The notes under the pieces: model-generated | What the model saw: only the letters and a program-made list of their open reading frames with translations | Databases searched by the model: none | Told to the model about the DNA's origin: nothing | In this document: in pieces, positions 1 to 12,533 of the stretch | Position numbering within the stretch: the first letter of the stretch is position 1 | Layout: each line of letters starts with the position of its first letter | Program-made: the position numbers and the translations under genes | Assembly (NCBI GenBank): GCA_030141605.1 | Contig: JAQGDQ010000084.1 | Location: 496,001-560,000, forward strand | DNA length: 64,000 bases | Origin: Tubiluchus corallicola | Taxonomy: Eukaryota > Animalia > Priapulida | Direction of reading: 5' to 3'

Positions 1-639
1 TTAGCTGACGTTCTTTCCTAAATGAATTCATGTTCCTTTAGCACACGACCTTGGACTAGTTGGCACTCTCCCTATTATCTTATCAAGTGATTACAGTTAT
101 TTACCTGGTTGTGAACGGAACGTTGAAGGTATGATAATAGAGTAATGTAGGATAGAGTAGCCACCACAGGACAAATAAAACTCTGTGTGTTATCGACGCG
201 CTAGGAGATTTTCGTTGTTCTACTTTCCTCTGCGATGTGTATTCAGAACTTTCTACTTTTTTCTTCCACATTCTGCACCATACTGTGGTTTTGGTTATCT
301 TGTTGCAAACTCGTGTGCTATTGTCCTTGAAGCACAGGATTAACCTAGCTAATAATAATCACGGTTCTTTTCTTCCAAACTTCTGTTTCATTCATTTTTG
401 TTCGAGACACGTACGTCGTGTGAATGTGATATAACAAATGTTTCGAAATATGATGCAGACAGCTAGTTGTTATAAACAACAATTTCGCTTAGGGTTGGAA
501 CGATTTTTGGAAGGTAGATCTAACTCACTTACCACATCATATAATTTCATCTTTTTGAAATTACGGTATTTTTTAGGAATTCTTTTTTTTCGGTTTAAGA
601 TAGCATGGGTTCAAAGCAGTTAATTCACCAAAAAAAAAA

Positions 640-982
640 AATATTTTTGCCGTTGAAAATTATGTTATTTTGTGATCTAACTAGTCGTCACTAGTTGCGC
701 TCGCCCGCCGTTAATTAAATTTTAACCTATTATTTAATTGTCAGAAATCTTTTGGTATTATTATATGTGTTAAAATGTATACATTTTATCATACTTCAAA
801 ATGGGGTAGGATATGAAAAATCGTCCTGTTTAGCTTCAAATCTTATGAAGTTGTACCAAATTCTTTGGTTTCGTTTCTTCCAGAAAATCTAACGCAGGAT
901 TATTAACTGTGTTAAAATGTATATTTTTTTATCGGACTTGAAAATGGGGTAATATATGAAAAATGATCCTGTCTTCCTTTAA
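640..982 (+). mobile_element. Kolobok-type MITE family A, 3' fragment with duplicated end
   Basis: ends ...CCTGTCTTCCT-TTAA like the other family A copies. Confidence 0.8.
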
Positions 983-1757
983 GAAAATTGATCTTGAAAG
1001 TTTTTGCACGTTTCTTGCTGGCTTGCTGGGATGCTACATGCAGAAGGCGCTGTAAATTCCAGTTTATAAATGCGCAAAAACTGCCATCATCTCCGTATTT
1101 TGATTACATTTAATCACACGATGTGTTGAATTATCAACGAATGCAAAAACTGTCGTTAGTTTAACGCTAACAGCCGTGAATAATAATAATAATAATGCAG
1201 TGCTGGCTGTAGAAATTTCACAAATTAATCACCAAGTTCATGGGAGCACTGGCTGTATACGGTCCGAGACCTGAAAGCACCTGGTTTTGAAGTTGGTTGC
1301 GCTTTGAGATGACGTGCAGGAAATGGACGAAATAAAATGGACGAACGAGAAATAGTAACGAGACGCTGCAGCCATTATTAATTAATTAATGTTACTGCTG
1401 TAATTATGGACATAATCTAGCAGTAACATTAATTAACTGGATTTAAATACAAATAACCTATCACCAAATTTGAATGTTCTATCAGTGCAAACTTGGATCC
1501 TATTTCTTCATTGAAAGCGATGCTTCCGTCATATTCGTGAATTTGGGAACTAATCATATTCTGTTCCTCGGACTGTCAAATAAAAACAATGTTTCTCTTG
1601 TCTTGAAAACCGTAGCTTGTTCTAGAGAGACTGGTTGTTTTACTAAACATGATTTCAACTAAATGAAGTTGCAGGATAATCAGTATTGAGTACCGAATAT
1701 TTCGATGGCAAATAAGATTGTTTAACAAGACTGCAGGCTTTTTATTCTGGGCAGAAA

Positions 1758-2153
1758 AATAAGCTTTTTCGTAGTTTCGTTGTGCGCAAGCGTATTTGCT
1801 GCAGGTCAAAGGTTAAGTGTGCCGGAGTAACGTGTCTTAACTACAACCATGAGGTAACGTATGTGTAAAGCAAAACCGTTTACCGCATCAGTTCAGTAAC
1901 TTGAGTTGTTTTACGTGGACTTTACATAGTTATACATTAGTCTATGCGTCGGGTGATTTTCTAGTAGAATCTTACTTGAGAACAAGAAGAAATGAACTAG
2001 GTAAGGTTCTAGCCAGCTGTTAAAACTTTTACTATTACAACAGCATGGGCTGCGAGGCGTTGTCAAGTGTACACAAATGCGTTGTCTAGTACAGTTAACC
2101 TTTGACCTTTTTACGATCATCATCAATCGCCGGAACTGTGAAAAGGCTTATTA
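1758..2153 (+). mobile_element. TIR MITE family E (AATAAGC..TTTTC / GAAAAGGCTTATT)
   Basis: terminal inverted repeats plus internal GTCAAAGGTTAA inverted pair; superfamily unresolved. Confidence 0.8.
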
Positions 2154-2821
2154 TCCGCTGATTTTCTGTTAATGTTTTATACGTGTTTGATGTTTCCTTC
2201 TCAAAGCCGAGTGGCTATTTGCAATTGAAACAAATGTAGTTATTTCACTAACGATTAGAAAATATGTGTGTCGGGCTGCTAGAAGCAGGTGTAAGCAGAC
2301 CTAACAGTCATAGTTTACGAATACTTATTACGTAGCCGTCAGCAACAAACATATGGTGCTTTTCTAGTTGCCACGAACTTAGTCTGATTAGCACATGATT
2401 TCATTTAATTATTACTGGTATAAAATCTGATGGAGCGTGCTGTCTCTTAATAAATTAATAAGTATCATACTGTGATTAAAATTTAAACATGTATGATAAA
2501 AAGATTATGAGTATTAGAAGGTGGTGCTGAGAAGCCAGTGGCATAGAAGTGTCTGATGCATGTTGGACTAGCTGCTGAATTTACTTGTCCTTGAAGGCAA
2601 ATATTTATAGTAGAATATTGTTTGCCGATGCCTGCTTTCACTGATTTTGAGGGCACATTTCTTCTAGCAGACTTTTGACTGCCAAGTCTCCAATAGACAT
2701 GCGATATTCACCCATTTGAGGGCGACAGACTGGCGTAGCTGAATCAGCCTGTACCTGTATGTCCGTGTCTTATACGTCGCTTGTGGCTCCATCTCTTGGT
2801 GGTGCCAGATAACAGCATCGC

Positions 2822-3390
2822 AAAAGATACTTACAATCATTAATTGAAATCGGTCGGTATCTCATGCAGAAAAAATATACGTAGAACGATACTGACGATC
2901 TTTAATTGAAATCGGTCGGCATCGCATGAAGAAAAAAAACACATGTAGAACGATACTGACGATCTTTAATTGAAATCGGTCGGTATCTCATGTCGAAAAA
3001 ACACATGTAGAACGATACTGACGATCTTTAATTGAAATCGGTCGGCATCGCATGAAGAAAAAAACACATGTAGAACGATACTGACGATCTTTAATTGAAA
3101 TCGGTCGGTATCTCATGTCGAAAAAACACATGTAGAACGATACTGACGATCTTTAATTGAAATCGGTCGGCATCGCATGAAGAAAAAAAAACACATGTAG
3201 AACGATACTGACGATCTTTAATTGAAATCGGTCGGTATCTCATGTCGAAAAAACACATGTAGAACGATACTGACGATCTTTAATTGAAATCGGTTGGTAT
3301 CTCATGTCGAAAAAACACATGTAGTACGATACTGACAATCTTTAATTGAAATCGGTTGGTATCCCATGCCGAAAAAAATACATGTAGAAC
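2822..3390 (+). repeat. 62-65-bp tandem repeat, about 9 units, alternating A/B variants
   Basis: CGATACTGACGATCTTTAATTGAAATCGGTCGG core repeated. Confidence 0.95.
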
Positions 3391-4689
3391 AACGAGTATG
3401 TAAAAAAACTTGTTTTCATAAAGTAAAGGACATAAACTGCATGTAATTACTGAATGTCCACTGTATGCTCGTATAAGGAACATTTTGGTATTCTCTCTGA
3501 CTTGTATTAACTTTCGGTATATCTCCTAATGAGAAGTTTGTGTCTTTAAATTCGTCACAGGATGTAGAAGTTATAAAAATCAATGCTAGATCGGTCCAGA
3601 AATCTTTGACTGCAGACCTGAGTGAGTGAGATAACTCAGAGCAAGCCTGACTGATTAATTACAATAATTGTAGAAATCTATGTATAATATTAAGGCATTT
3701 ATAAATACGTATGCACACAGTTTTATTGCATGCGTTTGTATATGCTTGAGTCATTATACCATGGAGATGTTGGTTTCTATTTTGTATTGTGTGGTGAAAT
3801 ATGTTTTTTTTCGTTTCTAGTATAATCAGTTTTTTATCGCCATCTATTGTATGGTTTAGTAAATATTATTAAAAGCGTAGGTTTGACGCATTATTACTTA
3901 TTAAGGTGTGTACTGCATGTAATATAACAGATGTTAAAATATTATTACATCCTGAAACTTGATTATATTAAAACATGAAAGTCCTGTGACCTTTGTTCAT
4001 CTAAACAAGAATAAGTGAACAGTGTTGAGAACGTCTTCGATGACGCACTTTTCAAAAATTTGCTTAGCAGCATTATCGTAGCCTGCTACGCCAGCATATT
4101 TAGCCTAAAGCTGTAGGATTGTCGCTTCCTTACTATAACAATTCACTTTACCTCTAAACTCATAACAAAAGTCTATGATGTCATGTAATAATCTTGTCCA
4201 ACAGACCTAGTTTTGGCATTTTAGGACCTTCAAAATGATGGAAACAGATTTAATGCCACTACAAGGAATAATAAAATGTTCATATGCATCGCAAAATTGA
4301 TTTATTGCATTCAACTTACAGACCACCAAAGGTCAATGTACCTGATTATTTTTGTGAAAGATCTAGTAAATTTCATCAGTACTATGCGTGCTGATTACCC
4401 GCATTTACTACAGTTATAATTACGATGTAATACTGTAAAACGACCAGCTTAGTGATTTTTGCATCGTGATGTATAACCATTTTCTGCGGCTGATTATTTA
4501 TTTTATTTTTGTTTATTTCATCCTCACCCAATAGTAAAATACAGTCTACAATAAAAACAATATAATGTAAAACACGTGAGGAAAAAACATACAAATAAAA
4601 TATTTACAAGAGTGTGGTAAAGACACAAAGAGATTAACTGCTTACAAGTGTCTGTTGTGTACAAGGAATTTATGCAAGTTAACTTTGTA

Positions 4690-4968
4690 TAAGCGGCTTT
4701 TAAATAACTTAATATTTTGTGCACTTACGAGGGGTGGACCATCAACATATGCAGGCAATGAGTTCCAAATCTGTACAACTCGATTTAAGAAAAATTGACC
4801 AAATGATACTTTAGCTGTTCGATGCTCGAAAAGCTTCAGAGAATGATTTTGCCTTGTTCTATTGCAAGATACACGGGTAAAAAATTTGCCAAAATCAACA
4901 TCAACTTCTCTATGAATAATTTGGTAGCATAAAGCTAAATCTTTTTGAATGCGTCTCCCTCTAAGAAC
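4690..4968 (-). mobile_element. CR1/L2-group LINE 3' fragment
   Basis: translates LRGRRIQKDLALCYQII...FF...RTR.NHSLKL...FFLNRVVQIWNSLP, a typical RT C-terminus. Confidence 0.85.
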
Positions 4969-5159
4969 TAGATGTAGATTATATGGATTTCACTATGATT
5001 TGCGTACGAGCTGGCAAAATTTTGTTTTAAAGTACAGTGTGCAATTGTAAATGTAAAGAAGTGACAGGGTAAAAGGAGTATACTGCACTTTTATAGAAGT
5101 GCTGTATAGACAAATTTCGTTAGTTGGCCTGAAAGCAGCTTTCCTGTATTTACTACTGT

Positions 5160-6310
5160 ACAGGGATTGTAGGAAAAGATGGTACAGGAAAATGGCACGT
5201 AAAAAGGAACATAAAAAATGACACAGGTGGAAAAGTAGATAAAAATGGCACAGGTAAAACGACACAGGAAAATGCACAGGTAAAAACGACACAGGAAAAA
5301 TGGCACAGGTAAAAACAACACTGGAAAAATGGGACCAATGGAGAAATAGGAAAAAAGGTGCAGGTAAAAATGGCGCACTTAGTAAAATGTGAATTTATGG
5401 TTAGGATTACTGGGGGGGGGGATAACTATTTTAGTTATTTTTACCTCTGCCAAGGAAGTTATGCTTGCTTCAACACAGTTTGTTTAGTTGTTTTTTGTCT
5501 GTTATGGCATTAAGCCTATTACGCAAATGCTTAATGGATTTCCATGAAACTTACTTGACCGAACACCACGTACAAACAACATTCGTGAAGCTCTTCGTGG
5601 AGGTCTGAGAGAGAGTGTTTAGTGTTATTTTTTATTATCTCCACCAGGACCACCAGGGCAAACAACTGTGAGTTAATTCCAGGTTCCATTTCGAAAAATT
5701 TTCGCTTGAATATTAATATTGAATATTCGCTTAATTATTGTATAACCTTACAAGCTGACCTGGCATGTAAATACCGTTTCCGAAATTAATGGTTAAACAA
5801 AGGTAGGTAAACACTATGTGGAGTATTCGCGAGTTATTGATTATAATTCTATTTAATGGGCAAAATAACTTTTGCTGTTCTATATAATACCGACACTGGT
5901 ACATTTTTGTATGCCTGCTTGTTTATCTTTGTGTTAAATTTTTGAATCAAAAGAATCAGACGAGTAAGTTTAGGAGTGTTCAGCTTTAGCAGAGATCTGC
6001 TTCCTACTGAGTGCATTCTAGTTTTATTATAGACACCTTTTGCGTCAAAATAACACGTCTTTTCCTACTTTTGCATTTCTGCCATTATTTCCAGTGCCAT
6101 TTTACCTACATTTCTATTTGTGTCATTTTTTCCTACTATTCCATTTCTGCCATTGTTACCAGTGCCATTTTTGCCTACATTTCTATTTGCGCCATTCTTA
6201 CCCGTGGCACTTTTTCGTGTGCCATTTTTGCCGTGCCATTTTCCTGTGACATTTTTTGTGTGCCATTTTTGCCGTGCCATTTTTACATGTGTCACTTTTA
6301 CCGCGCACCG
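5160..6310. mobile_element. foldback-like element: inverted arms of (AAAAATGGCAC..)n subrepeats (5160-5380 and 6050-6310)
   Basis: same subrepeat in opposite orientation on the two arms. Confidence 0.6.
5436..6023 (+). mobile_element. non-autonomous Helentron/HINE (DINE-1-like) element
   Basis: sub-terminal IR ACCTCTGCCAA / TTAGCAGAGAT followed by a short stem-loop and TTCTAGTT. Confidence 0.65.
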
Positions 6311-7039
6311 TTGAACGATTCTTTGTGATTTTTTTCAAGGCATTGTTGACATAAATGTGTACTATACTGTGTAACTGTAATCTTTATATTAGGTCATTTG
6401 TAGTACGTTTGAATTCTCCTAGTTCGGTGAAATACAGTAGCGTCTACAATGTCGATTTGTATCGTTATCTGGCATTCGAGACAGCGGGTTTGCTTTGTTG
6501 ATTCTTTGAGACTGCAGCGAAACATCTTCTCGTGAAAAATTGTTTCATTTTCTGAGGTTTTTTTTAAATAATAACAAGGTCGAACACTTCCCGTATTTGC
6601 AAATGCATTTTGCCCATTCATTACGGCTAGCACCGTGGAAGTAGGTCTTTCTCGGCGGGTTAAACTGCAATTAATCATCTAACCTGGAACTCGGTGACAA
6701 GACTTAGCGATGTCGCAATTAGCTCCACGCTGCTAAAGACTTTTTGAATAATTTGTAGCTTGTTGAAAATGTGTTTGTGTAAAATTTTGAAAACTTCCTG
6801 GTACAGTTTTTGCGCGAATTGTCTGTGTTTTGGTAGAATTCTGCTCATGTTTTGCAATGGGCCCCTATACAGTATCTTCCTCTTGTTGAGTTCGTACCTT
6901 TGTCAACTTATGTTTATGTTTACAATTTATAAATTAACTTATTTCCCCAAAGGACACTCGCCTGTGTGCATACATATAAAAATTTGCTTACTTAGCGTAT
7001 ATATCAAAGTTAAATTTTACATACTAATATACAAATAAT

Positions 7040-7327
7040 AATGATGATGTTGTTTTCAATGTTAAAATACATATTTACATAAACAGGCCTCTAGCTCCAG
7101 GCAAAGCCTTGACTTGCAAGTACACACATGCATATATATATATAGTTACAAGAATATAGTTACATAGATAGTTCAAAAACACAAGTAATTCATTAGTTAA
7201 CACTCAAAATTGAAATATACGAAGTTCACAGAGTACAGAAGCGATACCAGAAACGATTATCAATGTACATCATCCTGTTAGTTATATAAAAGTATGATTG
7301 CTCAATAACTGGTGTTTAATTCAAAAG
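7040..7327 (-). repeat. dispersed repeat, probable LINE 3' UTR (copy at 25208-25387)
   Basis: about 180 bp near-identical to 25208-25387. Confidence 0.7.
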
Positions 7328-9083
7328 TGAGATAGTTTGTATATGAGCTGTATCGCTGAAAGTTTCAGTACGGGAATAAAATGAACTAAATTTTGTAGAC
7401 GAGTTAAACATTTAGATGTTACAACGTTAATAATAAAATGTTTTTTTCTTTAAAACTTACAAATACGTCAATTATGTAGTAAAATCACATAAATGGAAGT
7501 ATGTTTAAACCGATTTTGATGTACTGATCTACTTTTTACGAAGGCAGACTCAGTAGTCAGACAGTAGCAGTAAAATGATTCACACGTAAGATAAAGGTAT
7601 TTCTTCGTGACCGCAGTGTTAAAGTTTTAATTGGTAAGCAAAACAAATAGTCTTGTTACAGTACGCCTATCAGAAAATTTACAACTTGTTGTTAATGCTT
7701 AACATTTGGCTTTCCTAGCTGTAAAGTTCTGTACACATGTTTAAGATTATCTACCAAAGTAAATAAGATTGTTCCGTTCCGCCTGCAAGTATGCTTTGTT
7801 GTCGGTCGCATACTGTAGTTGTCTAGCCCCTGTAGTCGCCCTATAGTGAACTCAGAGTAGTGGTAATTAACGTTAGGCGATTTAGCTTACTTCATGGAAT
7901 TTAGTGCCTTGTGCGGGAGAATATTCGGCTGGCATTTGTTTGATTTTGTGAGTTGTTGATAGATGGTGCTGGTGTGCAACGCGCGGAGTCTGATGGTCGA
8001 AGTGCAGCTTGGTTGAGAACTCGATGGATTTTGAAAGATACTTCATCGCGGAGAGTAGCAAAAGAACGGCGGCAGAAGGTGGCCGGTGTAATGTCATTCA
8101 ACGATTGATATACGCGCCATATGATATGATTGGTTCAAAACGTTATATTATATAATGCTGGTACCTCTGATACTCGTATATTTAATTTTTAGAATTTACA
8201 TACCTAACATCACAAAACCAAATTATTCATGTTGTAGTGTAATATAATAGTTTACATGGACATAAAAAATTCCCCATTTATCAAAAAATTATCCAAACTG
8301 CGTAAATTACTTTTTTAAAGTTACTCACTTTTTGAGCAATTTGGTTTTACCGTATTTAAGAATAAGTTAAGGTGTACGATGTTAAAATAAAGTGGCCACG
8401 TTAACTTCTAAAGAATTAAAAATGGTTATTAATATAATGTTATATTTATTGTTTGATTTCTTTTCACTAATATCTGCTTACGTTGCCGTTGATCTCTCAG
8501 GGTTTGGCCACTAATTAGTGCTCAAAGCTTTCACACCACCACATTGAATTTAAATCCTCCCTGACCAATTTTCTTCGCCATAAATGCGTAACTGCCACAT
8601 CCCAAAACCTCTAAATTCGGTTTCGCTCTGGGAATGATCTCCTAATGACCTCTAATCGAATGTCCAACCTTGTGGTGTGTCAAATACTTGCGACCCTAAA
8701 CTGCCAGGAATTTACAACCCCCGCACAATTACAGACCCCACAGTAGCAATTATTGTGTGCGTGTAGTTTGCCAAAGTGCGTGATTTATGTCGAATAGATG
8801 ACTTTGTCGGTAAGGGACAGATATTGCTGGAAAAACGCCACACGTGTGCTAACTGCTGGCTTACCTGGCAGGCTCATCTACCTGGCTAGAAACTCAGATT
8901 GTAGTTGCATTGTTGCGTTGTTGCGATGCTTTAGCAACATTTGGAAGTTTTCGAAGGTTTGTCGTTGAACATTGCAAATTCCAAACCCTGAAGCCTGTAA
9001 ATAACGACAGCTACGAGGTCAGGTCCATTTCCTCTTTGTTACCAAATGAATTTCTTTGAAAATACAGAACAGTTATCAAATAT

Positions 9084-9476
9084 TAGGGGTGAGCATTCTC
9101 TACCCGAAAGCGAATTCGAATCGAATTTGTGACTTTCGAATTCCAATCGGACTGAATTTCAGTATTTCGAATCCGAATCGATTTCGAATTGAATTTGAAA
9201 GATTTTCGAACAAGTTTTCGAACCACTAGTAAAAAGTGGTCTTACAAAGATCATGCATATTACTTGATTTTTTTCTGCAGTAAAACCACTATTAGTTTGT
9301 TAAAAAAATTGCACAGAAACTGCAGCTGAAGTGTACTAATTGCATGCTGTTTCAAACATTTTAATGATAAAGAATGTGTGTGGTTGAAGTGCTGATTATT
9401 CGAATCTATAATTTTAGGTTCGAATCGAATGTAAACTAAAAACTCGTTCGACTCGAAGGTTCCATGCACTTCCCTA
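9084..9476 (+). mobile_element. hAT-type MITE (TAGGG termini, TCGAA-rich subterminal repeats)
   Basis: TAGGGGTGAGCAT / ATGCACTTCCCTA; homolog at 60865-61243. Confidence 0.72.
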
Positions 9477-10050
9477 GGGAGACAGGTCCCCTAAAATAGA
9501 GAGCTTTCCTTGTTTCCCTCCCAAATAGGAAGAGTTGAAAAGTTTGTTTTAGTTAAAAATATAAGTTAAACCATGCTAACTGCCAAGTCGAAGAGACGTT
9601 ATAGTGTCATCATAATTATGCACATTTTGCGCACAGGTCAGTGCTAGTGCGTCTGTTTTTGTTGTTTTCATTGGTGTCATGTTGTACAGCTTTTACCTGA
9701 AATGTATGCTTAGTTTTCTCGCACCACACAAAACCGTTACAATATTAATAAAACTTACGCGAAATAAAATAAAACTTATGACGTAACGATTTAAGAGATT
9801 CAAGGATTTCAGTATTTTCCGCGTGCTTGTATAGTGTGTAACGTTTGTTTAAGTGTCAAGTGTAATTTGAATGTAGAAGTTTTGTTTAGATTTCAAAGAT
9901 CTAAGTAAAGATTAGACTGGTTGGATTCCAAAACTCTGGCGTAGTGCAGTGACCCTTGCTGTTGTTATTACAATTTCCTGCCAAAATATAATGTAATTTG
10001 GTCGTATAGGTAACCGCATGCTGATAGACTATTGTTATTCTTTTTTGTAG

Positions 10051-10121
10051 GCTGTCACGCGAAGAAAATTCAAAACCTGTGATTTTCGTGAATCGTTAGA
10101 GGATGGAGTACACCTTTTACA
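10051..10121 (+). CDS. LMO7: LMO7/LIMCH1-family gene, internal exon A (CH domain start): AVTRRKFKTCDFRESLEDGVHLL(Q)
   Basis: ttttgtag acceptor, gtaagt donor, 71 nt (phase 0 to 2); resembles vertebrate LMO7 AVTEKNFETKDFRASLENGVLLC. Confidence 0.9.
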
Positions 10122-10589
10122 GTAAGTATGCTTGCATAAGAGCTGCTTATTCTCCAACATGGTTGCCTTTTCAACGTGGCCACCATTAGGTTATAATTTA
10201 CGCTAAATTCTGATTTAATTTAAACCATTTCTACCTCTATAATGGTACCTCGATACTGGATGTGCACAACGAAATGTGTTACTGGTTTCAAAGTGTTCTT
10301 CAGTAAGATTGTATTGCTCCCCCATCCCCGGTCCCATTGGAAAAATGTAATTAAGACAGTAATATCACTCCTACTCTTTACCACACCCATAATAGTTACT
10401 ACTGCATGGACAACAACAGAATGTTGCTTTCCAAAATGGAATAAAAGAACTAAATTTTTTTAACTAAAACAATTCGTAAAACCTTTTTTGCACAATTGCG
10501 CATGCATGTATAGTATTTCTTTAAGGACAAGAAAAGGGGTACCTGAAGTAGGTTTCTGAAAATTCGCTTTAAAAATTATACTACTTCAC

Positions 10590-10940
10590 AGCAATTTTAT
10601 GCGTATATCGTACTCGCATTGAAAGAAATTTTTGTTTGTTTTCATTTTAAATCTCCCGCAATACTGTTCTGACTGCACCGTTACATGACGTCATATACGC
10701 ACAATGTAAGCTAGAGGAAGAAAAGGAAATGTTAAACAATGTCCCAAAAACCTTCCATGCAAATCTATATTACTTAGCATTTCACTTACCAGTCTTACCT
10801 GCTGGAAAGACGTATGTAACTAGAGAAGAAAAGTATTAATTATTTAAAATGTTTTTACCTATTTGTAAAATATAATTGACTCACCACCGGGGTGCACCAC
10901 ACACTAACCAAAAAATGAATTGTTAATCTTGTTGACTTAT
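10590..10940 (+). repeat. dispersed repeat family D (inverted homolog at 35360-35675)
   Basis: about 330 bp of reverse-complement similarity. Confidence 0.75.
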
Positions 10941-11730
10941 CTAAACTTGTTTGAAATGACTTATCTTTAAAATGGCTGCATGTAACAGTCATCGCGGCAG
11001 TTTAAATTTACAAATTTTATACTGCGTTACTGCCGACGCAAGCCCTGTATGCAAAAAGGCCGTATGTAAGTGTCAAGACGATTTTTTGAAGCTTTATGTA
11101 AGTGCTGTAAGTTCTTTCATGCAACATTTATTGTAATTTAGTAAAGTTGTTGTCGTTTTCTAATGTTCAACAGTTTACTTATTCAGAAGCAGGGAATTAC
11201 TTACATTAGTGTAATTATTGTGTAATGGGTTCTCTTGAGTTGTAAACTCATCAATCAAAGTAATTGTGTGATTCTAGTTACTCGTGAATAATTGATCAAT
11301 CATCAGTGGAAGTTTATTTTAATTTATCTTTAAGATCAGTGTTGGCTTACTGTTATGCAAATCATACTGTAAATTAATGAATTAATTAACCCTCAAGTAG
11401 GTTGGTTGTTCTTTTCTTTACACAAAAGGTGCACATTTCAATTTTACTTTCTGTTAGTGTTCAAAAATTCTTTCACTGATTTCAATTTTGAACATCAAGT
11501 ATATGATTTTCTTTTTTGCTCATATGAAGTTGTTAAAGTAGACTGCTATATATTTATATATCAAGAATTTTATTTTTTGTAAGGGGTGTATATATGTATA
11601 TATATATATGACATTTCTATGTGGACATGTTTTTTTGCTTATGTGATAAAATATGCTAATTTTTAGTTTCAAGATAGCCATTATTTTAATAGTTTTAGGC
11701 AAGAATAGTATTATTATTTTCTAATTTCAG

Positions 11731-11788
11731 GTTGTTAAATTGCATTCAAGATGATGTCATAGACATTAAAGATGATTCCACACCTGAG
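11731..11788 (+). CDS. LMO7: LMO7-family exon B: (Q)LLNCIQDDVIDIKDDSTPE
   Basis: ctaatttcag acceptor, gtaatt donor, 58 nt (phase 2 to 0); aligns to LMO7 DLINKLKPGVIKKINRLSTP. Confidence 0.82.
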
Positions 11789-11927
11789 GTAATTTTTGTT
11801 GTGCTTCTTCTTGTACTTTTTATTCCTATTAAACGATTCCTTGTTGTACACAAATTCCAGCAGTGGCTATGTTAATCTACTCTCACTCTACTCTCTTTTG
11901 AGTACCCAGATTTTCACATTGTGAGTA

Positions 11928-12533
11928 TTAAAGCAAAACTGGACCCAATGTTAAACTGTAGGCGAATTTTTAAACAACCTACTCCTTAAAATATTGAAAG
12001 TAAACATACTAGTTTTTCAAAAATGACTTACGTGCAATTTCGCATTCGCGCTACTAGTTCTTTGCTGCTACATGCATTTTGCTATTCGTTAGTTAATTGG
12101 GCACTAGCACCTGCATTTCGGAAATGTGTTGCACAAGAAACAGGTGCTGTACCTCTCAGTTCAGATGTGTTAGTTTGTGATGCACACACGTTGGGCAGCT
12201 CATGCGTGAGCACAACGGCAAATTTGAAATTTAAATTTTTATCTTAAAACTTGCCGAGCTTTATTACAAAACACTGAATATCTTACAGTAGTACTGTACT
12301 TCAATTTTCGCTTTAGCAAACACTTACAACGCGCTCGTAGAGCAGTTTTACTGTTGAAAATTATGTTAATTTGTGATGTCATCAATAGTTCGGCTCGCCT
12401 GCCGTTAATTAAGTTTTTAATCTATAATTTAATTATCAGAAATGCTTTTGCAGTATCATTGTGTTAAAATATATACTTTTTATCGGATTTGAAAATGGGG
12501 TAGCATATGAAAAATCATCCTGCCTTCCTTTGA
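11928..12533 (+). mobile_element. Kolobok-type MITE family A, full copy (about 600 bp)
   Basis: TTAA|AGCAAAAC..GG...CCTGCCTTCCT|TTGA; TTAA target plus purine termini is the Kolobok/T2-MITE signature. Confidence 0.88.

Noticed and set aside
3561-3621. exon-like DVEVIKINARSVQKSLTADL (cacag...gtgagt)
   Set aside because: Good splice signals but the phase does not fit exon A and no homology was recognised
9573-9636. ATG exon MLTAKSKRRYSVIIIMHILRT|gtcagt as the LMO7 start
   Set aside because: Ends in phase 1 whereas exon A needs phase 0, and lacks the expected EA..WIE motif; the start exon remains unlocated
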